DNA of 64,000 nucleotides from Candidatus Omnitrophota bacterium (GTDB lineage Bacteria; Omnitrophota; Gorgyraeia; Zapsychrales; Fredricksoniimonadaceae): NCBI GenBank assembly GCA_016201795.1, contig JACQCF010000014.1, positions 49,648 to 113,647 of the forward strand, read 5' to 3'. Shown piece by piece: positions 56,992 to 64,000 of this stretch (position 1 is its first letter; each line of letters starts with the position of its first letter). The notes under the pieces were generated by a model. It saw only the letters and a program-made list of their open reading frames with translations, ran no database searches and was not told where the DNA came from. The position numbers and the translations under genes were made by a program.

Positions 56992-58488
56992 ATGCCTCAG
57001 AGATCCAGCGGTATTTTGCTTCACATCAGCTCCCTGCCTTGCGCCTATGGGATGGGTGATTTAGGCCCGCACGCGTATGCTTTCGTGGATTTTTTGAAAG
57101 CTTCGGGTCAAACATACTGGCAGATTTTACCGATCAATCCTACCGACGCCATTAACGGGCATTCTCCGTATAGCTGTTTTTCCGCTTTTGCCGTCAATCC
57201 TTTGCTTGTCAGTCCGGATTTGCTGGTCATGGAGGGATTTCTTAAAGCTTCGGATTTAAAGCACCCGCCATCGTTTCAGACCGCAGCGGTGGACTACACC
57301 AAACTGATGCTGTTTAAGCAGAAGCTTTTTGAGAGGGCTTTTCAACGGTTTGGTCGGCAATTTTATAAAGGCGGCTATGAACTGTTTGTTAGTGAGCACA
57401 GACAATGGCTGGAGGATTTCGCGGTTTTCGTCGTGGCCAAGCGGACATTGGAAGGCAAGTCTTGGGATCAATGGCCTAAGGGCCTCAAAGACCGTAAGCC
57501 CCAAGCGCTCGTCCAATTTAGAAAGAAACATGCGAAGGCTATCGAACAGGTAAAGTTTATTCAATACCTGTTTTTCCGTCAGTGGCATAAGTTAAAGACG
57601 TATGCCAACCAACAGGGGGTTTCCATCATCGGCGATGTTCCGATCTATGTCAATTATGACAGCGTAGATGTTTGGTGTCATCGTCCATTTTTCAAGTTGG
57701 ACGATGAGGGGCACTTGAGATTTATCAGCGGATGCCCACCGGATTATTTTTCTCAAACCGGCCAGCGCTGGGGCAACCCTGTTTATGACTGGGCGAATTT
57801 GAAAAGGACCCAATACAGCTGGTGGGTCGATCGCCTTGCCCATCATTTGACCCTGTTTGATTCTTTGCGTATCGATCATTTCCGCGGCTTCGCGTCTTTC
57901 TGGCAGATTCCGGCGCACGAGAAATTGGCGGTGTTTGGTCAATGGGTCAAAGGCCCGGGAGAGAATTTTTTTAAAGTTTTACTTAAACATTTTGGGCATT
58001 TGCCTTTGATTGCCGAAGATTTGGGGGAGACCAGCACGGATGAGGTTTATTTAATGAAAAAATTTCGATTGCCGGGGATGCGGGTTTTATTATTTGCCTT
58101 TGGCGGGGATCTCAAAAAGAATCCGCATGTACCGGCGCATTATGGGACTCATTGTGTGGCCTATACCGGAACGCACGACAATAATACGGTGCAAGGCTGG
58201 TACTATCAGGAAGCCAAAGAACACGAGCGGGCCAATATCAAGGCGGTCCTTGGTCTTAAACCCCGGCCTCGAGCTTTGCACTGGCAGATGATTGAGGTTT
58301 TGATGAAGTCTAAGGCCGATACCGTCATTATTCCCATGCCGGATGTGCTGGGTTTAGGGGCCCTTGCGCGCATGAATACACCGGCGACGAAAGTGAATAA
58401 TTGGAAATGGCGTCTGGAGCCAGGCATGCTGACGTCTTCTTTGAGTGGGAAATTATTCAAAATCACCCATCAATCCAGGAGGTGTTGA
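56992..58488 (+). CDS. malQ: 4-alpha-glucanotransferase (amylomaltase, GH77)
   Basis: GILLHISSLP...YGMGDLG N-terminus and GH77 catalytic segments (LRIDHFRGF, IAEDLG). Confidence 0.9.
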   Translation: MPQRSSGILLHISSLPCAYGMGDLGPHAYAFVDFLKASGQTYWQILPINPTDAINGHSPYSCFSAFAVNPLLVSPDLLVMEGFLKASDLKHPPSFQTAAVDYTKLMLFKQKLFERAFQRFGRQFYKGGYELFVSEHRQWLEDFAVFVVAKRTLEGKSWDQWPKGLKDRKPQALVQFRKKHAKAIEQVKFIQYLFFRQWHKLKTYANQQGVSIIGDVPIYVNYDSVDVWCHRPFFKLDDEGHLRFISGCPPDYFSQTGQRWGNPVYDWANLKRTQYSWWVDRLAHHLTLFDSLRIDHFRGFASFWQIPAHEKLAVFGQWVKGPGENFFKVLLKHFGHLPLIAEDLGETSTDEVYLMKKFRLPGMRVLLFAFGGDLKKNPHVPAHYGTHCVAYTGTHDNNTVQGWYYQEAKEHERANIKAVLGLKPRPRALHWQMIEVLMKSKADTVIIPMPDVLGLGALARMNTPATKVNNWKWRLEPGMLTSSLSGKLFKITHQSRRC

Positions 58489-58490
58489 CA

Positions 58491-59117
58491 ATGGCTTTAA
58501 ACAAACAAAAAATAACAGGACTTATTGTAGGTTTTGCTATTGGAACGGTCGTGGTGGTCAAATTGATTTTGACCAATTCGCCGGGGGTTGTTATGGATTC
58601 GTTGGTAGCGCGCACCCAGGGGCCGGCCAGCGCGAAGGTGAATATCGTAGAGTTTATTGATTTTGAATGTCCGGCCTGTGCCAGAGGAGCCATCGAGTTA
58701 AAGGAATATCTAGCCAGATATCCCCAAGATCTACGCGTGCAGATTAAATATTTTCCTCTGATGCAGATGCATCGTCATGCCCTGCAGGTGGCTTCCTACA
58801 GTGAATGTGTCAGCCGCCAGGGAAAATTCTGGACGTTTTTTGATTCTTTAATGCTCCAGCAGGGACAATGGAGCCAGTTGGTGAGCGCCCAGGGCGTTTT
58901 TGATCAAATGGCCCAGCAGGCAGGGGTGAATATGGCGAAATTAAAATCCTGTCTTTCGTCGGACGATGTCTCCAGTACCATTATGAGCGAGAAAGCTTTA
59001 GGGCAGTCGCTGGGGGTGAGATCCACCCCGACGTATTTTATCAATAAGAAAATGGTCGTGGGGTCCAAGTCGCTGGCGGATGAACTCACCCATGACTTTC
59101 CATCGGTTTCCCAATAA
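58491..59117 (+). CDS. DsbA-family thiol:disulfide oxidoreductase
   Basis: TM anchor. Thioredoxin fold with CPAC active site (FIDFECPACARG) and a cis-Pro segment (RSTPTYFIN). Confidence 0.8.
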   Translation: MALNKQKITGLIVGFAIGTVVVVKLILTNSPGVVMDSLVARTQGPASAKVNIVEFIDFECPACARGAIELKEYLARYPQDLRVQIKYFPLMQMHRHALQVASYSECVSRQGKFWTFFDSLMLQQGQWSQLVSAQGVFDQMAQQAGVNMAKLKSCLSSDDVSSTIMSEKALGQSLGVRSTPTYFINKKMVVGSKSLADELTHDFPSVSQ

Positions 59118-59119
59118 AT

Positions 59120-59554
59120 ATGGCTGTTTGTCTTCGTCTATTTATAGGTCTGGTGTTATTGGTTTCAGGCTTTGAAAAGCTCATAAGCCCTTACCAGAAT
59201 TTTTTGTACGTGATTCAGGCGTATCAAATGTTTCCTTCGTGGATGGAAACGGCCGCGGCGCTCTTGGTGCCATGGGTGGAGTTGATGGTTGGAATTTTTC
59301 TGGTTTTAGGTTTGTGGCTTAAGCGGTCGCTCAAAGGCGCTGTGATCTTGCTTGCCTGTTTTATCATTATTGTAGGCCAGGCCCTGTTGAGGCATTTGCC
59401 TCTTGAAGACTGCGGTTGTTTTGGCGAGGCCATTCATATTCCGCCTCAAGGAATCATGGTTTTTGATAGTTTGATGCTTTTATCTGCCTTCTGGCTTCTG
59501 CGTTACCCCTCCAAAGTCAAAGGTTTAAGTTTAGATAAATATTTTAATTCTTAA
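59120..59554 (+). CDS. DoxX/MauE-family membrane protein
   Basis: Four TM helices and a DCGCFG motif. It lies 3 nt after the dsbA-like gene. Confidence 0.7.
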   Translation: MAVCLRLFIGLVLLVSGFEKLISPYQNFLYVIQAYQMFPSWMETAAALLVPWVELMVGIFLVLGLWLKRSLKGAVILLACFIIIVGQALLRHLPLEDCGCFGEAIHIPPQGIMVFDSLMLLSAFWLLRYPSKVKGLSLDKYFNS

Positions 59555-59662
59555 ACTGGCCGTATCGACTAAAGAAAACGCTTTTCTAAAATCTATCTGG
59601 GTGCCTTGACAATAGCCATTTATATGGCATACTTATTTTGAATACAAATAAACTAGGAAATT

Positions 59663-61531
59663 ATGCTCATAACCCCTTTAAGGGTTCCTAACACTATGTT
59701 TAAAGTCATCAAAAGAGTTGTTTCATTGGTTGTTTCGACCACCTTTCTTACCTCATCTATAGGAGTGCCGACAAGCTACGCACAAGTTGCGGCTGGGACC
59801 ATGCCCTGGATGCCAAGCCCAGGCGTACGGGTATCTTTAAGCCCGGAATTTACCCCGGCGCATTTAAAAGGCATGGTGATTCATCCGGATAATGCTTTGC
59901 AGTTTGACTTTCTTATTCACCGTGGGGATGAACGTTTAACTCAAGATCAAAAACAGGACGAATACAAGAAACTCATCAAATATTTTCTGGCCTCTTTGGC
60001 GATTCCTGATGAAGACCAGTGGGTGAACCTTTCCCCTTATGAAAAGACCCGCATTATCAAGGATGATTTCGGCCAAACCGAAATGGGCCGCGACCTTTTG
60101 GCCCAGGACTATATTCTCAAACAAATCACGGCTTCTCTCATTTATCCTGAAAGCAACTTAGGCCAGAAATTCTGGGACAAAGTTTACGCCCAAGCCCAAC
60201 AGCAATACGGCACCACCAATATACCGGTCAATACCTTTAATAAGGTGTGGATTGTGCCGGATGAGGCGGTGGTTTATGAGCATGGCAATACGGTGTATGT
60301 GCTCAAGAATCATTTAAAGGTGATGCTGGAAGAGGATTATTTATCATTGTCTAAACACGCTGGGATTACCAGCGCTGAACCTGCGCAGGGTAAAGAGGTC
60401 AATAAATTAGGTAGTCAAGTGGTGCGCGAAATCGTGCTTCCCGCGCTTGAAAAGGAAGTCAATACGGCCAAGAATTTTTCTATGCTGCGTCAGGTTTATA
60501 GCGGCATGATTTTAGCAACGTGGTACAAACGTACTCTTAAAGAATCTTTGTTGGGTAAGATTTATGCGGATAAAAGCAAAGTCAAAGGCGTTGATCAAGA
60601 TCCCAGGAGTAATCAAGAGATTTATCAGCAGTATTTGAAGGCTTTTAAGAAAGGCGTGTTTAACTTTATTAAGGAAGATGTGGACAAATACAGCAATGAG
60701 ACTATCCCAAGGAAGTATTTTTCTGGCGGGTTTACCAGAGGCTTCCGTGGTGACGGCGCTATGATAGTCGTCAAGAGTCTTCAATCAGACCAAGCGATGA
60801 ATGTTAGGGAAGAGTTCGATAACAAAGAAGATCTAGCTAGGGTGAGTTTGACTGAGTCGCGGGCCAGAACCACTAGTAGTAGGAAGATCCCGGTCCCGTT
60901 TACATTTCAAGGGAAAGCCTTTAAACCAGCCATTCAGAGGAAAGTCCCGTTGACAACATTTAAAGAGAAAAGCTTTCCAGTGCCTCTAGTCACAAAAACC
61001 GCTACTAATCCACCCGCTGATGCCGCGATGACGGTGACTCATGTTGATGTATTGAAACTAGCAAAAGCTTCATTGCCTGAGCCTGGTCCCGGAGAACTCA
61101 ATTCATTGCAGGTTAGTCAACAGGCTAATCTGCGTAATTCTAAAGAAGGAAGCGATTTGAGTAATGCTGCTATAGATGTCTTAAGAAACAGGATAATGGT
61201 TATGCGTAAAACATTGGATGATCTTTTAAGAAATCCCGAAGAAGTTAGCCTATTGGTTCAGAAAACTTTCAATCTTTATCATACAGTTAGCCTTGCAGAT
61301 CAGGCGCAGATTAGTCTTAGAAGAACCCCCGGTGGTATCGACTTAAACGCCGCGAATTTGAATTTGCAGATTAAGCGTGATGGCAGGGGCGTACCTTTGC
61401 CGGTGTCCCGGCAGGATTTGGAACATATCAATATCGACGGGCTGATTCCGGTGATCATAGACATTAAGCCTGCCGCTGCTTTGCCAATCTTCTTTGAGAT
61501 GCAAAACTCCGCTCACCCAACCAGTGGATAA
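59663..61531 (+). CDS. Large hypothetical secreted protein
   Basis: 622-aa ORF with a signal peptide or anchor near the N-terminus. No recognisable domain by eye. Confidence 0.4.
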   Translation: MLITPLRVPNTMFKVIKRVVSLVVSTTFLTSSIGVPTSYAQVAAGTMPWMPSPGVRVSLSPEFTPAHLKGMVIHPDNALQFDFLIHRGDERLTQDQKQDEYKKLIKYFLASLAIPDEDQWVNLSPYEKTRIIKDDFGQTEMGRDLLAQDYILKQITASLIYPESNLGQKFWDKVYAQAQQQYGTTNIPVNTFNKVWIVPDEAVVYEHGNTVYVLKNHLKVMLEEDYLSLSKHAGITSAEPAQGKEVNKLGSQVVREIVLPALEKEVNTAKNFSMLRQVYSGMILATWYKRTLKESLLGKIYADKSKVKGVDQDPRSNQEIYQQYLKAFKKGVFNFIKEDVDKYSNETIPRKYFSGGFTRGFRGDGAMIVVKSLQSDQAMNVREEFDNKEDLARVSLTESRARTTSSRKIPVPFTFQGKAFKPAIQRKVPLTTFKEKSFPVPLVTKTATNPPADAAMTVTHVDVLKLAKASLPEPGPGELNSLQVSQQANLRNSKEGSDLSNAAIDVLRNRIMVMRKTLDDLLRNPEEVSLLVQKTFNLYHTVSLADQAQISLRRTPGGIDLNAANLNLQIKRDGRGVPLPVSRQDLEHINIDGLIPVIIDIKPAAALPIFFEMQNSAHPTSG

Positions 61532-61558
61532 GAATTTACACTGATTTAGCCAGCCTTT

Positions 61559-63037
61559 TTGGTGGTAATGCCCTCGAGACATGATATACTAGACGCTGTG
61601 AACAAATTTATTTGGTTCATTTTTCTTTCCCTTTGTCTTGCCTGTCCTTGCGTCCATGCGGCGTCCATCAAAGAGCCCAATGTGGCCGGGGCTTTTTACA
61701 GCGCCGACCCGCAGGAATTGTCCCATCAGATTGATTCTTTTATCCAGCAGGCTTCAATAAGTCCCGTTGCTGCCAGAGTGCAGGCCATGATTGTGCCCCA
61801 TGCCGGCTACATTTATTCCGGTCCTGTGGCCGCCTATGGCTACAAAGCCATTTCCAGAAATAAATACACCACCATTGTCATTCTGGCGCCCAGCCATTAT
61901 TTTCCTTTTGAGGGTATATCGGTCTGGCCAGAAGGAGGGTTTAAAACGCCTTTAGGCATCGTTAATGTCGACGAAGATTTTGCCCAGAAACTCATGAAAG
62001 CCGACAGCCGATTCCGATTTCTACCGCAAGTCTTTGAGCAGGAACACTCGGTGGAGGTAGAGCTGCCTTTTATTCAGAAAGTTTTTGGCAGCGTTAAGAT
62101 TGTGCCTGTTTTGATGGGTAACCCCGATGCAAAAGTTTGCCAGAAATTGGCCGCGGTTTTAAATGGGTTGATTGGTTCGCGCCAGGACGTGCTGGTGCTG
62201 GCCAGTTCTGATATGTCACATTATTTTGATTATGAAACAGCCAATCAGATGGATGCAGCCACCCTCGAGACCATCAACAATAAAGATGTACAAAGCTTTT
62301 GGAATGGCAATGTCAGCCGCAAAATGGAAATGTGTGGGTTTGTACCAGTAACTACTGTTCTTTTATATGCCAGAGAACGGGGCTTAAAAGTTCAGGTACT
62401 CAAGCACGCTAACTCAGGGGATACGGCAGGGGATAAGTCCAGAGTGGTGGGTTATTCATCGGTGATTTTTTACAAAGACCAGACGGAAGGGATGTTCAAT
62501 GCTCGGCAAAAGAAAGCATTGTTGGCTTTGGCTCGTAGCAGCATCGATAATTTTTTAAAAACCGGCAAGGTTCCTGAGGCTAAAACGAGCGACCCCAGGC
62601 TTTTGAAAACGCAGGGGGCTTTTGTGACGCTGACTAAACATGGACAATTGCGCGGCTGTATTGGTAATATCGTGGGGGATAAACCGCTCTGGCAGACCAT
62701 TCGCGCCATGTCCATCGCGGCGGCTTCCCAAGACCTACGATTTATTCCAGTAAGCAAAGATGAGCTTAAAGACATTGATATTGAAATTTCCGTTTTAACC
62801 GTGCCGCGGCGTGTGGCGGACGCTTCCGCGATTATGTTGGGCCGCGACGGGGTGATTGTCAGCGACGGGACTTATCATCAAGGGGTGTTTTTACCGCAGG
62901 TATCTGGCGAAACGCATTGGAGTAAGGAAGAGTTCTTAAATGAACTTTGCAGCCAAAAAGCCGGCTTGCCCCCTGATTGCTGGAAGGATCGTAAAAATAG
63001 TTTATGGACATTTCAGGCAGATGTCTTTACTCAATGA
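61559..63037 (+). CDS. MEMO1-like (AmmeMemoRadiSam protein B-type) domain fused to AMMECR1 (protein A-type) domain
   Basis: The N-terminal half has the MEMO1 pattern (AGAFYSADPQEL...IVPHAGYIYSGPVAAYGY...ILAPSHY...DMSHY). The C-terminal half has the AMMECR1 pattern (GAFVTLTKHGQLRGCIGNI...GVFLPQV). Confidence 0.8.
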   Translation: MVVMPSRHDILDAVNKFIWFIFLSLCLACPCVHAASIKEPNVAGAFYSADPQELSHQIDSFIQQASISPVAARVQAMIVPHAGYIYSGPVAAYGYKAISRNKYTTIVILAPSHYFPFEGISVWPEGGFKTPLGIVNVDEDFAQKLMKADSRFRFLPQVFEQEHSVEVELPFIQKVFGSVKIVPVLMGNPDAKVCQKLAAVLNGLIGSRQDVLVLASSDMSHYFDYETANQMDAATLETINNKDVQSFWNGNVSRKMEMCGFVPVTTVLLYARERGLKVQVLKHANSGDTAGDKSRVVGYSSVIFYKDQTEGMFNARQKKALLALARSSIDNFLKTGKVPEAKTSDPRLLKTQGAFVTLTKHGQLRGCIGNIVGDKPLWQTIRAMSIAAASQDLRFIPVSKDELKDIDIEISVLTVPRRVADASAIMLGRDGVIVSDGTYHQGVFLPQVSGETHWSKEEFLNELCSQKAGLPPDCWKDRKNSLWTFQADVFTQ

Positions 63038-63480
63038 GAGTTAGGAACATTATTATTTCTATTTTTGTCGTCGGGTGGCTGGTAGTCTTTCATTATGAAT
63101 CCACTCGTCATTTTTATTGGGAACCGCTGTTGGGCCGTCCGCTGCCTAAGATGAAATTTCTTTTTCCACCGGCAGGGTGGATTATGTTTTTTAATGTGGA
63201 TGACAGCTACGGCTATACGGAAGTCTACGGCGTCAAAGACGGACACCCGCAAATGATTGACCCTCATCAGATTCTGCAGACGCGCGCCATTGGTTATGAT
63301 AATATCAACCGCAATGCTTTAGTTACCGTGCTTTCCAGGGATGTCTCAGGGCCTTTTTGTCTTTTTTTGCATCGTAAATTTCCGTATTTCGATAGTTTCC
63401 TGGTCACTTACGTCAATTATCCGTCGCTGACCAAAAGACCATTTGAGAGATTACAGGCCGTTGCCTATGAATGTAAGTAA
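63004..63480 (+). CDS. Hypothetical membrane protein
   Basis: 158-aa ORF with one TM. It overlaps the stop of the upstream gene and the start of the following HTTM gene. Confidence 0.4.
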   Translation: MDISGRCLYSMRVRNIIISIFVVGWLVVFHYESTRHFYWEPLLGRPLPKMKFLFPPAGWIMFFNVDDSYGYTEVYGVKDGHPQMIDPHQILQTRAIGYDNINRNALVTVLSRDVSGPFCLFLHRKFPYFDSFLVTYVNYPSLTKRPFERLQAVAYECK

Positions 63481-64000
63481 AATTTGGAACATCTTATTTT
63501 TGGAAGAGCGCTCCTCCATCGGGCTGTCCTTCTTCCGTATTTTTGTGGCCCTGACCACGGGTCTGCACGTCATCCCGTCTTTTTTCCATCTCGACGACAA
63601 TTATCTATCCAGCGCTTTTAAGATACTCAACGGCAATTTTTTCACCCCCCAGGTGTTGGAGCTGGTGCAAAAAAGTCCGGACTGGCTGGTGGTTATTTTT
63701 GTGTGGGCTTTTGTGCTGACGTGGTTCTGTTTTTTGATCGGATTGTTCTCTCAGGTGAGCTGTATCTTGATGACACTCTGTTGCTATTATTTTTACGCGC
63801 TCAATGATTTTCATATCGGCACGCTGTCGTGGGACATTTTGCTGGTGACCTTGTTTTTGATGTGCCTGACGTCTTATCACGGGGATTATTTTTCCGTCGA
63901 CGCTTTGCGTCGAGGCGACTCACAGGCCTATCGGTGCCCCAGGCCATTTTTTATCCAGCGGCTGTTGCAGTTACAAATCGTTTCCACTTTTTTCTATACC
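63470..64000 (+). CDS. HTTM-domain (vitamin K-dependent gamma-carboxylase-like) membrane protein, 3'-truncated by the window end
   Basis: LSFFRIFVALTTGLHVIPSFFH and multiple TM helices are typical of HTTM-domain N-termini. The ORF is open to position 64000. Confidence 0.55.

Noticed and set aside
1-64000. CRISPR arrays, tRNA genes and rRNA genes
   Set aside because: No regularly spaced direct repeats with unique spacers were seen. The few non-coding gaps larger than 100 nt (4865-4995, 13474-13610, 29912-30134, 41761-42205, 43639-43839, 47646-47760, 52146-52270, 59555-59662) contain hairpins and repeats but no cloverleaf-compatible tRNA pattern and no rRNA-like sequence.

Overview
This 64 kb window looks like a chromosomal segment from an uncultivated bacterium with roughly 45-50% GC. 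Almost every gene is on the + strand; only two convincing genes are on the - strand. Tool-free annotation from the six-frame translations supports these blocks, in order. (1) A truncated HAMP protein, an SPFH/stomatin protein, a DUF559 endonuclease gene inside a palindromic G/C-rich element, a DUF1326-DUF2182 predicted metal-binding pair and a MOT1-type transporter. (2) An HExxH metallopeptidase-like protein, an ATP-grasp ligase and a DEDDh exonuclease with overlapping stops and starts, then a SPOR protein and a CheY-CheX-CheY module. (3) pckA and purU. (4) A large metal-homeostasis region. It holds a CusB/CusA-like RND pair with YHS and small Cys-rich ORFs, a TolC-like protein, a second GC-richer RND pair with a His-rich periplasmic protein, and a CopA-type P-type ATPase. 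It continues with a convergent non-canonical Nramp transporter, MarC, a TamB-like protein, an RHH/Zn-ribbon regulator ahead of znuABC, a periplasmic SlyD-like FKBP and a convergent ZupT. (5) A phosphate-selective porin followed by pstSCAB-pstB-phoU, then a stand-alone NuoF-like flavoprotein. (6) An outer-membrane protein followed by a locus of small unknown genes whose centrepiece is a ParA/MinD ATPase fused to an AMPK-beta-type glycogen-binding CBM48 domain. (7) A storage-polymer locus: ppx, ppk1, a ROK kinase, glgB, a GH57 enzyme and malQ. (8) DsbA/DoxX, a large secreted hypothetical, a MEMO1-AMMECR1 fusion and an HTTM-domain protein cut by the window end. Two repeat families are visible: the DUF559-associated palindromic element (one endonuclease-carrying copy plus two short solo copies) and a roughly 40-nt REP-like unit in two copies. 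No rRNA, tRNA or CRISPR array was found. The strongest candidate for something new is the ParA-CBM48 fusion and its neighbours, next to glycogen and polyphosphate genes, suggesting active positioning of a storage granule.
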